64,000 bases of DNA from Squalus acanthias (GCA_030390025.1 CM059433.1:19656001-19720000), one strand, 5' to 3'; positions 12,040-24,770 are shown, counted from the stretch's first letter. Translations and numbers: made by a program. Notes: generated by a model not told the origin, from the letters alone.

Positions 12040-12925
12040 GGGAAAGGAAATTAGAGTGGGAGGAAGCTTGTGCCGCATGTGAGCAATAGCACACGACCCA
12101 TGGCCCCAGGTTGGGATCCTCCATTTCCACTGGTATCTCTTCTGCCGGGTTAAGGGTCAGTCCTTCCCACAGGGCAAAGTTGTGCAATGCACAGCAGACT
12201 GCCACAATCCTCAACACTTTTCTACCTGAGTACAGCAAAGTACTCATGCTTCCCCCCACCCTGCCCCCCGACCTGTCCAGGCACCAGAAGCGTGATTTCG
12301 GCACTCCGATTGTCCTCTCCACCACCTGGCGGCTCACGTGTGTGCACGGCTTTACCTTTCCTGTGACGCGGTGAGGTGTCATCAGCCACGGCTTTAGCGG
12401 GTAGCCCTTGTCATCTAAGACCCATCCACATCCTTGAGCCTCTCAGTGAAGACTTCATGTAGGTTTGTGTGTCGAAGGACGAAGGCGTCATGGGCACTTG
12501 CCCAGTGACCTGCATTGACAGTCATGATCCGCAGTTGGGCATCGCAAAGGATCATCACATATAACGAACTGAACCCTTTTTTGTTGATGATGGGACAGGT
12601 GTTTGACGCGGTTCCTTCAATGGCACGTGGGTTTTGTCGACTGCCCCCTGCACTTTGGAGAAGCCAGCGATCCTATGGAATACAAGAGACCTCTCCCTTT
12701 GCTGCGCTGGGGAGATGTCACAGCTGATGAACTCAGACGCCCAGCGGAATATCGCATTCGTGATCTGCTGAAGGCAGTTGCACATGTCACTGGTGCCTGA
12801 CTGAAAAAAACCCACCTGCACAAAACTTGAGGGCTGTAGTCACCTTCATGGCCACTACCAAGGCCCGGCAGGAGGTAGAACATGGCTGTAGGTCCTCTTA
12901 ATATTTCACAGAGGTGGCCAATTGC
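12040..12925 (-). pseudogene. HARBI1-type DDE transposase, frameshifted
   Basis: VQGAVDKTHV, SAHDAF, DKGYPLKPWLMTP, VVERTIGVPKSRFWCLDRSGG and CCALHN motifs spread over several frames. Confidence 0.88.
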
Positions 12926-13080
12926 CCCGTCCAAAAGAGACACCTCAAACAGCATAGCACTCCCTCAGCACTGCACTGGAGTGTCAACCCAGATGTTGTG
13001 CTCAAGTCTCTGGAGTGGGACAGTGAACCCACAGCCATCTGACCCAGTGGCAAGAGTGCTACCACTGAGCCAAGGCTGCA
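12926..13080 (-). mobile_element. tRNA-derived SINE 5' part (SacSINE1/DeuSINE-like)
   Basis: Minus strand has box A TGGCTCAGTGG and a degenerate box B GGTTCACTGTCC; homologous to 32330-32483. Confidence 0.75.
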
Positions 13081-13469
13081 TACAACAACAATGAAAGATG
13101 TCCCAAGGCACTTCACAGAAGTGTAATTAATATAAAGATTAGTGCAATTCCAAGCAATGACTTTTACCCATTTGGCCATCAAAGGTAGCTTTGCAGCTTT
13201 TTAAAAAAAACTGAGCTACTATAAAATATATTTGTAGTACGGATTCTGTCACATCATCACAGATTATGTTTCCTCTTTACTAGTCTGATGAACTTTGAAG
13301 CAGACATTCTTCCTTTCACTTTTTAATTAGATTTTATTTTGATTATTTTTCATATCCATCAAGATGTGAGATATCGCTGATGGGGAATGGAGCACTTTTA
13401 GGGTGAAAGTTTCCCAGAATAGCACAAGTTCAGGCGAATTGCACAGATGCATTTAGTGGGAAGCCAGAT

Positions 13470-13610
13470 AAACAGATGAGGGAGAAAGGAATCGAGGGTT
13501 ATACTGATAGGGTTAGATGGAGAGGGTTGGGAGGTGGGGTGGAGCATAATCACCGACATGAACCAGTTGGGCCGAATGGCCTGTTTCTGTGCTGCACATT
13601 TTATGTAAAT
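13470..13610 (+). mobile_element. CR1 LINE 3' end fragment
   Basis: MREKGIEGY...GGGCCGAATGGCCTGTTTCTGTGCTG tail; sibling at 17480-17585. Confidence 0.7.
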
Positions 13611-14099
13611 CTATTATTCTGGGTTGGGCCGAACTTGGCGTGCAGTGAGGGCTCCCAGTGGGATTTCCACCACAAAGGAGGAGCTCGCCACTGTTCGGGA
13701 GAAACGCTGGTGGTGCTGAAAGCAGGATTGCCGTCACTCCCCCGGCCAGTATCGACACCCCTCCTCCACTGGTCGGCGGCACAGCGGCAAGGCAGGGATA
13801 GCAGGTCATTTCCTTGGCACTGCCCCCGTCATTATGTAAATGTGGCGGGGTGGTCAAGGGGGCAAGTGGCTGGCTTCCCAGCTTGGGGAGAGCGGGGAGG
13901 AGGAACATTTTCAGTGGTGCTTGCAGAAGTGGGGTCCGAGCGGTGGGCCTTCCTGCTGAATTTCTCTTCTTCTGCTGCTGCCATACTAAATGGAAAAGGA
14001 AACAAGGGATGAAATAAAAGGAAGAAGACTGGAGAAAGCATCAAGTTTGCACTCCACATTTCTTTTGGACAGTGTTAGGTGAACATTACTGGTAATATA

Positions 14100-14794
14100 G
14101 GCAGGTAACATTCACGCCACTGAAGTGCCAGGCAATGACTATCTCCAACAAGCGAGAGTCTAACCACCGCCCCTTGACATTCAACGGCATTACCATCACT
14201 GAATCCCCCACCATCAATATCCTGGGGGTCGCCATTGACTAGAAACTTAACTGGACCAGCCACATACTGTGGCAACAAGAGCAGGTCAGAGGCTGGGTAC
14301 TCTGCGGCGAGTGTCTCACCTCCTGACTCCCCAAAGCCTTTCCACCATCTACAAGGCACAAGTCAGGAGTGTGATGGAATACTCTCCACTTGCCTGGATG
14401 AGTGCAGCTCCAACAACACTCAAGAAGCTCGACACCATGCAGGACAAAGCAGCCTGCTTAAATATGCACTCCCTCCACCACCGGCATACCGTGGCTGCAG
14501 TGTGTACCATCTACAAGATGCACTGCAGCAACTCACCAAGGCTTCTTCGGCAGCACCTCCCAAACCCGCGACCTCTTCCACTTAGAAGGACAAGGGCAGC
14601 AGGCGCATGGGAACACCACCACCTCCAAGTCACACACCATCCTGACTTGGAAATATATCGCTGATCCTTCATCGTCGCTGGGTGAAAATCCTGGAACTCC
14701 CTACCTAACAGCACTGTGGGAGCACCTTCACCACACGGACTGCAGTGGTTCAGAAAGGCGGCTCACCACCACCTTCTCAAGGGCAATTAGGGAT
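14100..14794 (+). mobile_element. CR1-group LINE family B, 5'-truncated; tail displaced to 16339
   Basis: ORF 14269-14664 (YKAQVRSVMEYSPLAW); breaks at TAGGGAT and resumes GGGCAATAAA at 16341. Confidence 0.9.
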
Positions 14795-16338
14795 AGAAAC
14801 ATAGAACAAAGAAAAATAGGAGCAGGAGTAGGCCGTTCGGCCCTTCGAGCCTGCTCCGCCATTCAATATGATCATGGCTGATCCTCTATCTCAATACCAT
14901 ATTCCCGCTCTCTCCCCATACCCCTTGATGCCTTTTGTGTCTAGAAATCTATCTATCTCCTTCTTAAATATATTCAGTGACTTGGCCTCTACAGCCTTCT
15001 GTGGTAGAGAATTCCACAGGTTCACCACCCTCTGAGTGAAGAAATTTCTCCTCATCTCAGTCCTAAATGTCCTACCCCGTATCTTGAGACTATGACCTCT
15101 GGTTCTGGACTCCCCAGCCAGGGGAAACATCCTCTCTGCATCGAGTCTGTCTAGCCCTGTCAGAATTTTATACATTTCAATGAGATCCCCTCTCATTCTT
15201 CTAAACTCTAGTGAATACAGGCCTAGTCGACCCAATCTCTCCTCATAAGACAGTCCTGCCATCCCAGGAATCAGTCTGGTGAACCTTCGCTGCACTCCCT
15301 CTATGGCAAGTATATCCTTTCTTCGGTAAGGAGACCAAAACTGCACACAGTGCTCCAGATGTGGTCTCACCAAGGCCCTGTACAACTGTAGTGAGACATC
15401 CTTCCTCAAATCCTCTTGCAATGAAGGCCAACATACCATTTGCCTTCCTAACTGCTTGCTGGACCTGCATGTTTGCTTTCAGTAACTGGTGTACAAGGAC
15501 ACCCAGGTCCCTTTGTACATCAGCATTTCCCAATCTATCACTATTTAAATAACACTCTACCTTTCTGTTTTTCCTACCAAAGTGGATAACTTCACATTTA
15601 TCCACGTTATACTGCATCTGCCATGTATTTGCCCACTCACTCAACTTGTCTAAATCACCTTGAAGCCTCTTTGCATCCTCCTCACAACTCACAATCCCAC
15701 CTAGTTTTGTGTCGTCAGCAAACTTGGCAATATTACATTTGGTTCCCTCATCCAAATCATTGATATATATTGTGAATAGCTGGGGCCCAAGCACTGATCC
15801 CTGCAGTTCCCCACTAGTCACCGCCTACCACCCCAAAAAAGACCCATTTACTCCTACTCTCTGTTTCCTGTCTGTTAACCAGTTTTCAATCCATGCCAGT
15901 ATATTACCCCCAATCCCATGTGCTTTAATTTTGCACACTAACCTCTTATGTGGGACTTTATCAAAGGCCTTCTGAAAATCCAAATACACCACATCCACTG
16001 GCTCTCCCTTATCTATTCTACCAGTTACATCCTCAAAAAACTCCAGTAGGTTTGTCTAACACGATTTCCGTTTCATAAATCCATGTTGACTTTGTCTAAT
16101 CCCGTTGATATTTTCTAAGTGTCCTGTTATCACATCCTTTATAATAGACTCGAGCATTTTCCCTACTACTGAAGTTAGGTCTGTAGTTCCCTGTTTTATC
16201 TCTCCCTCCTTTTTTAAATAGTGGGGTTACATTTGCCACCCTCCAATCTGCAGGAACTGTTCCATAATCTATAGAATTTTGGAAGATGGAAACCAATGCA
16301 TTCACTATTTCCCTGGCTACCTCTTTTAGTACTCTAAA
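14795..16338 (-). mobile_element. CR1 LINE family A (HER1-like), 5'-truncated, frameshifted
   Basis: ORFs 15243-15821 (QGSVLGPQLFTIYINDLD, KFADDTKL) and 14891-15439 (LYRALVRPHLEHCVQFWSP, RRMRGDLIE, FFTQRVVNLWNSLP). Confidence 0.95.
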
Positions 16339-16468
16339 ATGGGCAATAAATGCTGGCCTTGCCAGCGACGCCCACATCCCATAAAAAACGAATTAAAAAA
16401 AATTAGGGATGGGCAATAAATGCTGGCCTTGCCAGCGACGTCCACATCCCATAAACGAATAAAAAAAG
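16339..16468 (+). repeat. Tandemly duplicated family-B LINE 3' stem-loop tail
   Basis: Two copies of ATGGGCAATAAATGCTGGCCTTGCCAGCGACG(C/T)CCACATCCCATAAA..CGAAT(A)n. Confidence 0.9.
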
Positions 16469-17159
16469 TACCAGGGTTGAACGCTAATGAAAGAGCCTCC
16501 ATTACAAGACAATAATTAGAAAGGATTATTAAGCTGCAATTCAATAACAGTAAGACAAAAAGGTTGATTTTTCATAAGGAAAACAGACAGAATGAAGATT
16601 TTATTTGTGGGGTCACCAACATTGAATTCAAGTTTGCCTCTGCTAATTGTTGCTTTGCACTTCTTTGTAACTGCGGACCTGCTGAGCATCTGAGCGCCCT
16701 CTATTGGCCAACCACAGCTTTACACCATCTTACCTCAGCCATCCATACTTCTCTTGCTATGCTAATCCAGAATAATTCCCGCAGCAATGACATGATTTGA
16801 CTTTACATTTGAGTCAACTTTTCCTTTCATTTCTTAATACTCGCACTTTGTCTCTTTTTGTCCATCAAACGTATAAAATGTTAAATAAGATACGAGTTCG
16901 AGTTTAACTGAATGACTCGTAAAATAATATCGTAACGTTTTGGTTTTTGTTTCTAATTCTAGATTCAACCTATAACACTGAACATTAATGACTTTAAGAC
17001 ATTTCCAACACTAGCTTTTTTTTTCTTAATTTGCCTCCTTTTCTTCCTTCCTTTGCTGAGGATGACTGACGCTTGCTCAATGACAGCCCAGTAGGTCCTT
17101 TGTCCCCGTGTGAGTCCAAATAGTGAATCATAGATGCATTTAAGGGACGTTAGACAAAT

Positions 17160-17585
17160 ACTTAGGGGGAGTCCAGAACCAGAGGTCACAGTCTAAGGAT
17201 AAGGGGTAAGCCATTTAGGACTGAGATGAGGAGGAATTTCTTCACCCAGAGAGTGGTGAACCTGTGGAATTCTCTACCACAGAAGGCAGTTGAGGCCAAT
17301 TCATTAAATATATTCCAGAAGGAGATAGATATATTTCTTAAGGCTAAAGGGATCAAGGGATATGGGGAGAAAGCAGGGACAGGGTACTGAATTTGGATGA
17401 TCAGCCATGATCTCATTAAATGGCGGAGCAGGCTCGAGGGGCCGAATGGCCTACTCCTGCTCCTATCTTCTATGCTTCTAGATGAAATAGGGTGGGAGGA
17501 GGCTCGTGTGGAGCATAAACACCGACATAGACCAGTTGAGCCGCATGACCTGTTTCTGTGCTGTAAATTCTATGTCATTTTATGA
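17160..17585 (+). mobile_element. Two adjacent CR1 3' fragments (family A to ~17478, second family to ~17585)
   Basis: RTRGHSLRIRGKPFRTEMRRNFFTQRVVNLWNSLP and two distinct 3' tails. Confidence 0.85.
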
Positions 17586-18416
17586 ATATTGACTGTTTAT
17601 TTGGGCCAAACAAAATCCCGCCACGCCCAGCATCCGCATGCAAGTGTTCTTTCCAGCAGCGGGGAGAAGACCGAACCCCCAACTAAGTTCCCCCCTACCC
17701 CCACAACCCAACCCAGTGACCATTTGAATGAAGGTATCTGAAATGGTGTGGGGGGCATCAAGCCCTGGAGTACTGGCACTCAGTGCAGTGGGATGGGAGG
17801 ATAGAAGTTCAGTCTCCCATTCTTTTCCATTCCCAGTCTGAGCCACGCTCAGCTGTGGAGTGCTGAGAAGACCTCTGACCTCTGTCCATCCCCTGCCATG
17901 GGGAGGAAAATACTGTGCAGGACTTTGCCTCATATAATGGCTGATCAAAAGCCCTGAGCAGGAGGTTGGGAGCAGATAGGCTAGCTACCCTCCCCCTGGC
18001 AGCAGAGGTGTGAGCAACTATGAGGGTAATACTTATTAGGGAAATTCATTTACAAATAAAACATGAATTGAAATGGAAAGATCAACTGCAAAACAGAGGT
18101 TAATAATATATGAGCCTTGAAATTATGCAGTGGGATACTAGTGTATGAACACTTAAGTCTGAACTTCTTCTCCCTGCTATTTATTTTAAATGGGTTTTAA
18201 CGTCTACACATAAATAATGGGAGAGAAATTTCCAATGAACAAGTTAAGCTATCATACATTAATATTCCACAGCATAATTTCAAAGCCATTATTTTTAGAA
18301 CTATAGTCACAATAACTTTTCATTAAAAAATAAAACACTAAGTCAGTTCTTTAAATGAATTAAAAATGGGGCTGATTTTCAACAGAACTGTGATTGCAGC
18401 AGGATATTTTATAAAT

Positions 18417-19592
18417 GGCCCAGAATTTGCTGAAAAAATACTGTGAACGGCGCTCGCTGTTATTAATGTGTAAATCGGCCAGCAACTTGTGGCGAGGAGG
18501 AGATACCCCGTGAATTGTGGGAGTACCTTCACCAGACGGACTGCAGCAGTTCAAGAAGGGGGCTCACCACCACCTTCTCAAGGGCAACTAGGGATGGGCA
18601 ATAAATGCTGGCCTTGCCAGCAACGCCCACATCCCATGAACGCATTTTTAAAAATTGCGAATCGCAGCAAGTTGCTGGAAGATTTGCGCCATTAGCCTCA
18701 CGAAAACGGCATCTCGCGCTTAACCTCCCCATGAGTTTCACAAGGTTGCTGCATTTGCACATTAATTGCCCATTAAACTCGGCACAGAAAGTTAAGTTGA
18801 GTGATTGATAGTGTAAGTACCCTTTTAATTACATGATAATTGTTAATGACTGCCAATCAACCTCTCTTGCCCAGAAAGTGAACAATTAAAAGTGTGGAGT
18901 CTCATTCCTTCAGGTTTTGAATGGTTGTTGGAGATTTAAAAAAAAATTACTTTTCCTTTCTGTCTCTTTTTGCTGTCTCTCTTCATCCAATCTTTCTTTC
19001 CCTCTCTTTATTTCTCTTTCTGTACCTGATTTGACTTTGAATTCACCCACTCTAATTCACCCTCCTTCTCAGTCATTCCTCTGTTTATTTCTCATTCCTT
19101 TAATCTCATTGGTTTAGGAGATACACTGTTTGTCTCTATGTTAAAAAGAAAGAGTTACATTTATATGACGCCTTTCACGACCACTGGACATCTCAAAGCG
19201 CTTTACAGCCAATGAAGTACTTTTGGAGTGTGGTCACTGTTGTACTGTGGGAAACGCGGCAGCCAATTTGCGCACAGCAAGCTCCCACAAACAGCAATGT
19301 GATAATGACCAGTTAATCAGTATTTGTTATGTTGATTGAGGAATAAATATTGGTCAGGACACCAGGGATAACTCTCCTGCTCTTCTTTGAAATAGTGCCA
19401 TGGGATCTTTTACGTCCACCTGAGAGAGCAGACGGGGCCTCGGTTTAACGTCTCATCCGAAAGATGTTAGATGCTCACCAAGGTCTCTGATGCCCTGTTG
19501 CCCTTGCTGTGCAGTTATCAGCTCCCACTTGTGGGCAAAACTTTTTAAAAGCTGAACGTGCATGAACAAATCTATTCAGCAAAATCTAATCC
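18417..19592. mobile_element. Harbinger-type MITE with nested LINE tail (~18513-18655) and SINE
   Basis: TIR GGCCCAGAATTTGCTGAA vs reverse complement GGATTAGATTTTGCTGAA (14/18); TSD AAT on both sides. Confidence 0.65.
19142..19465 (-). mobile_element. DeuSINE-like SINE, 3' portion
   Basis: Reverse complement AAAAGATCCCATGGCACTATTTCAAAGAAGAGCAG (Deu-like domain) and L2-type tail. Confidence 0.8.
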
Positions 19593-20454
19593 AATATCTC
19601 CATCGAGGGCTATGAACCAGAGAGTGAGGGAAAGTCATGAAGTAGTGATTCAGAGGTGGGAGCTTTCATTCTGTTTCTGAATTGAGTGTACAACTCTTAT
19701 TCTGCTGAATTTTGGTCTGCTGGGACCGTAAGAAATTTTTTGCAACAGGATAAAGCCTTCGCTCCATCACACCCCTCCCTTTGGTTGATTTTAACTGCAC
19801 CATCTCACCAAATCTACCCATCCTTCTTGTTTCTCCAGTTGTCTCTTGAGCTAGTTTATTTGATTTATTTCAGTGGGGTTCGCTGATAAGTTACCCCAAA
19901 TGTCGGTTACACTTTGAGGTTTAGCACACTGGTGTTTGCACTAGGTACTAATCTACACTATTTTTATGAATTTATCAATCTGTTAACATGAATGCAGTTT
20001 CCTAAAAATAGTGCAAGAGGACATTAAACTCATTTGTGTCTTGCAGTTCTGCCTAAATTCCCTAATTACTTCTAAAATGTTGTTTTATATATAAAAGCCC
20101 TCCGTTAAGTGCATGTCAGTCACAATCCAGACTTAATTACAGATACAAAAGAATTTTTTTTTTAAAGTGAAGGAAAGGCAATCATTTCATGCTGGGTTCT
20201 TCTGACTTGGAGCTAGAAATTTACATGCAGTTGGAACTGCAACAACAACAACTTATATTTATATGCAGAGATGTTTTGAGTACAGCTAAGACAATGAGGT
20301 GGGGTCACAGGGGGTCCAACGTGTCAAATGCTGCAGTCTGCAGTTAAGCTTTTTACTTTTTTTTAACTGTGACCCCACCTCATTGTCTTAGCTGTACTCT
20401 GATGTGTCTTTGATGTAATGCCTCCCTGACGGATTGTATCTCTGCAGACACATT

Positions 20455-21182
20455 GGGCTGGATTTTGTCTTGGGGTCGGGTTGGGGTCGAGTAATCCGCA
20501 TTTCGTGTTTCCCCCCCGACTCCAGATTAATGTGGATGCCTGATGCAATTTTCACTTAATTGGGCAATTGAGTTGCAGCATGTGGGAACCCATGAACTAA
20601 TTAGTGTTTTCAGTCTGAAAGTCGCCTCTGATGATGTCATCATTGCTGACTGCCTAGTCTCAGAGACTGTTGGTGACAGAGGACCTGCCTGGCTTTTGAT
20701 GAGAGAGAGAGAGAGAGAGAGAGAGAATTTTTTTTGCAACCAAGTCCTCCCAGGCAGTCTCTGAAGACATTCAATGCAGCAGCATCAGAGGCGACATTCA
20801 GACCTAATAGTACTACTACTACTACCTTCATCACATCTCCGTTGTAATAGTGGACCTGCAGCCAATAGTCAGCTATCCACTTGTGCTCCCGCCAGGTTTC
20901 ACTGGAGTGTTTCACACCAGGCGTGCTTCACGTCAGAAGAGGGTTAAACTAGCTACAGCGTTTCAAAATGGCATTACAGAGCCAATTTAGGGCTTGTTAA
21001 GGGCTTTAATGGCCTCTACCACCTCTTGAAGGTGGGACGGAGTCGGGAACCCCGCGACTGATTCTGTCAAAATTGCGTGGCGGCGGGATGGAGTCGGGAT
21101 GGGGTCGGAAACCCCGACCCCGCAAATTTAACCCCCCACACGCCTCCAAACCCGACTCCATGGGTCATTCAAAGTCCAGCCC
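20455..21182. mobile_element. Harbinger-type MITE
   Basis: TIR GGGCTGGATTTTG / CAAAGTCCAGCCC; TSD ATT (20452-20454, 21183-21185). Confidence 0.85.
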
Positions 21183-21232
21183 ATTGTTCTCTGTCTATAT
21201 ATACTTTGTAACCGATTTGTATTCCCTCACTG

Positions 21233-21267
21233 TACCTGATGAAGGAGCAGAGCTCCGAAAGCTCGTA
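21233..21267 (+). ncRNA. Minimal type-I hammerhead ribozyme motif
   Basis: TAC-CTGATGA-A-GGAGC-AGA-GCTCC-GAAA-GCTC-GTA; perfect stem II, predicted CUC cleavage triplet. Confidence 0.82.
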
Positions 21268-21319
21268 ATTTTAAATAAAACTGTTGGACTATAACCTGGT
21301 GTTGTGCGACTTCTCATTT

Positions 21320-22030
21320 TTATATTTATATAGCACCTTTAACATAGTAAAACATCCCAAGGCGCTTCACAGGAGTGTTATCAAACAGAATTTGACACCG
21401 AGCCACATAAGGAGATATTAGGGCAGATGCTTGGTCAAAGAGTTTGGTTTAAGGAGCATCTTAAAGGAGGAAAGAGAGGTAGAGAGGTGGAAATGTTTAG
21501 GGAGGAAATTCCAGAGTTTAGGACCTTAGCAGCTGAAGGCACGGCCGCCAATGGTGCAGCGATTAAGATCGGGGATGCTCAACAAGCCAGAATTGGGGGA
21601 GCGCAGATATCTCAGAGGGTTGTAGGGCTGGAGGAGATTACAGAGATAGGGAGGGGTGAGGCCATGGAGGGATTTGAAGACAAGGCTGAGAATCTAAAAT
21701 ATGAGGCCTTGAGGGACTGCGAGCCAAAGTAGGTCAGCGAAAACAGAGTTGATAGGTGAATGGGATTTGGTGCGGGATAAGATCCAGGCAGAAGAGTTTT
21801 GGATGAGTTGAAGGCTACAGAGGATGGAGTATGCATGGCCGACCATGAGAGCCTAGGAATAGTCGTGTCTGGACGTGACAAAGGCATGGATGAGTGTTTC
21901 AGCGGTAGATAGGCTGAAGTAGGGTGAAGAGAGTTACGGAGGTGGATGCAGGCGGTCTCTGTGATGGAGAGAATATTGCAATGGTCAAGAAGCTCAGCTC
22001 AGGATCAAATAGGACGTTGAGCCAGCTTGG
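21320..22030 (-). mobile_element. L2 LINE 3' fragment (extreme tail at 20241-20264)
   Basis: Minus strand gives LIHAFVTSR.DYS, QLIQNSSA, ADLLWL and FKSLHGLAPPYLCNLLQP remnants. Confidence 0.85.
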
Positions 22031-22119
22031 TGCAGACCTAGGCATAAGGAAAAGATTCAAGCCCCAGAGTTAGTTTAGAGAAAAGCACCAAACTGAATTC
22101 TAGCATCAGAGAGCCCAGT

Positions 22120-22400
22120 AATGAAGCAAGACTGGAGAAGTTAGAGCTTTTCAGCCTTGGCAGGTGACTGAGAGGTGATCTTATAGAGGTATATAAGATA
22201 GTAAAAGTATAGAAAAGATTGGTTTGGAACACTACTTTGAACTGAATCGTGACAGTAGGACAAGGAGATACAAACTGGTAAAAGGCAAATTTAGGACTGA
22301 TAGCGGGAAGCTTTTCTTCACTCAAAGGGTGACCAACACATGGAATGGAATTCCAGGCAAAGTAATGGGGATGCAAACCCCTGAATCAGCTGGATGCCTC
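22120..22400 (+). mobile_element. Decayed CR1 3' fragment
   Basis: LRGDLIEVYKI and FFTQRVTNTWN motifs. Confidence 0.75.
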
Positions 22401-23138
22401 GGTGCGGGGAGAGTGGGTTGTTTATGAAGTTCACACATTTTGTGCAAGAGCACTTTACGCTGAGAGGCCAGCTGGAAAATAGCACGATGTTGAGCTGGTG
22501 AAATGGGTTATCTCTCCAATTCCCAGCCACCAGATGCCTGCCAGTTGGAAAACGTATTCTCGTATCACAGCTTCAAGCTGCTAAGTGGATGAGAATAGCT
22601 TTGTGAGGTTTCTGTGCTCAGATTGATATACAGTATTCAGATCCTTCAAAAGGTTGTTGTTACTCATTCTCCAAAAATGCTGTTTTGTTTTTAATAAATC
22701 AGAAAAGGAATTCCATTCTCTGTTTTTGAAAAACAGTGAATAATATTCTTGGATTTCTTTCTCTATTAGCATTCTCCCAAAACTGACTGTACCATACAAG
22801 GCATTACTCAGTGGCATGCATGGTTCTGTCAACTCATGATTATACCCGTATTAGGTTTGAAAGTTGTGCACAGCATGCCATCAAAATCAATAGCATTTTG
22901 TGTTGTATTGGTAAAGTAACACATCCTACATAGTTGCAATTACACAGCCACTGGCACCAAGTATAAAAAATATGATCCCACTTAAAGAGAGTGGAACTTA
23001 CACGGTGACTGTGTTCCAATGCAGTGCCTGTTTGAAAAGGATGCAGAGTGTCTGGAGCACTGTGCAGGTGCTCTGACTGTATTATGGGGCTATGGCCTGA
23101 CTAACATCCTTACAGCATTAATAAGCCTAACACACAAT

Positions 23139-23880
23139 GGCCCAAAAATTCGTGAGGAAGCCTTCGTGCGAGGGTAAGGCCTCCCCGCGATCTCTCACTC
23201 CGCGTTGGCTTTTTCAGTTCCAGCTCGCACGAACTTGATGTTCTGGACAGCTGCTGTGCTGGGCTTGCGTATCCCACCGGCGTAGTTAATTCGTGCGAGC
23301 TGTGGGATCACGTGACTCAGTTAGAGCCAATGGCAGCACACCATCTTCCATTCATAAGTTTCACATAAGTGCTGTGAAAGTTATGAATACTATACCCCCC
23401 CAAAAGAACCGCTAAAACTCAATTAAATTAAAATAAAACCATCACATTAATAAAATAAGTATAGTTAAATAAATTAACCATTTTAAATAAAAAATTAAAT
23501 TTTTGAAAAAATTTAAAATCTTTTAAAAAGTTATAAAAATAAACTTACCTGTCTTTAAAGTCTCTAAAAAAGATATACCTGTTAAAAAAAATTCAAAATA
23601 ATACTTAATTCACTACTTACCTTGTTAAAAGTGGGTCTTACTCCTCCTTTTTTTATGTGTAGAATCTTCCGTACTTACCTGCGCGTTGAAACCACTAAGT
23701 GCACAGCGTGCGCGCAGCCTGTAGCGCGCACGTGGTTCACCTAGGACCCGCCCCCTTTTCCATTCACCAAGTGCCGGTTTTCAGCGCATGCGCAGTGCAT
23801 GCAGAAAACCGGCAATTGGAGACAGAATACGCGAGAGTACGCAGTGCGTACTCTCGCGTAGCGGCACTAATTTTTGGGCC
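23139..23880. mobile_element. Harbinger-type MITE, family M1 (inverted relative to 9758-10521)
   Basis: TIR GGCCCAAAAATT / AATTTTTGGGCC; TSD AAT (23136-23138, 23881-23883). Confidence 0.88.
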
Positions 23881-24654
23881 AATATGTGTACAGGCTCCCA
23901 GTGCCACACATTCTTCCCCCATGCACAACAGCCCTCAGTGCCCCTTAATACAGGGTATCAGCGCCCGATGCGCGGCACCGCTAAGGTCACAGTTCATCAC
24001 GTTAGCAGCCCGTATATTACAGGCCATATACATCAGGGTTGTCCAATCATTTTGTTCTTGTGGGCTGATTACTTTCATACTTGGAGCCTCACCTATAAAG
24101 TTTAAATCAACACTCCCTTTAATTTGCATATACCTCTTGCCGTGGCTACTAACAGGTCTCTGTGTTCTGCCAATAACAGCCCTCGTCCAGGCCCAAGAAA
24201 CATAAACAGGACAAACCAAAGTAAGAGCAATTAGAACTGGATTGCCTGGGCTTCTTAGACTGGAGCGCCAGTGCTCAGGGCTGCATATGGGCCATGCATG
24301 AATACCTCGACATACATGAAGGAACAAATTCTACTATATTAGGACTAGTGTGTCATATTAGAACCATTTCACCTGTGATAAAGATCCTCGGGAATGGTTT
24401 GAAATAAGACATTTCCTATTGAAGGGCTGTGTCAGGTATATGCCTAGAAAGATTAATTTCCCAATGCCCTCATGCAAGCAAGGCCAGTTTGTTTGCTGAA
24501 ATCCCTTCATGAATAAGTGTGTGTAATATAGTGAAATATTACCATAAAATAGCTACTTTGATCATAGAACCAATTAATTCTTCCATTGACTGTTGGCTTC
24601 TGCCCCATCGAGCACTTCATCCTCCTCACTAACCTTTTATGTCCCGTCTCCTAG

Positions 24655-24770
24655 CCTACATTACAACAGTGACTACATTTCACAAAGTACTTCATTGTCT
24701 GTAAAGCGCTTTGGGACGTCCTGAGATCGTGAAAGGCGCTATATAAATGCAAGTTCTTGCTTCTTTCTTT
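24655..24770 (+). mobile_element. SINE/L2-type 3' tail
   Basis: CCTACATTACAACAGTGACTACA...GTAAAGCGCTTTGGGACGTCCTGAG...GGCGCTATATAAATGCAAG. Confidence 0.75.

Larger units (their letters stand above)
10845..12925. mobile_element. PIF/Harbinger transposon remnant with convergent Myb (+) and transposase (-) genes; right end lost
   Basis: ATT then GGCCCAGAATTT left TIR; both gene remnants recognisable; no right TIR found. Confidence 0.85.
20265..21319 (+). mobile_element. Truncated Penelope-like insertion (P2-related) with short inverted 5' piece, split by a MITE
   Basis: 33-bp inverted repeat 20278-20310 / 20367-20399; 3' end matches 7760-7849; 12-bp TSD TTATATTTATAT at 20253-20264 and 21320-21331. 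Confidence 0.85.

Noticed and set aside
11235..12925. Domesticated NAIF1/MSANTD or HARBI1 host genes
   Set aside because: Frameshifts, stops, TIR context and several related copies in the window indicate transposon remnants.
13283..13305. CTGATGA hammerhead-like start (also ~30605)
   Set aside because: No stem II followed by GAAA and no closing stem I.
17600..18010. Possible ancient SINE or conserved element (also GC-rich 13620-13990)
   Set aside because: Looks repeat-derived, but I could not support boundaries, TIRs or family from the sequence alone.
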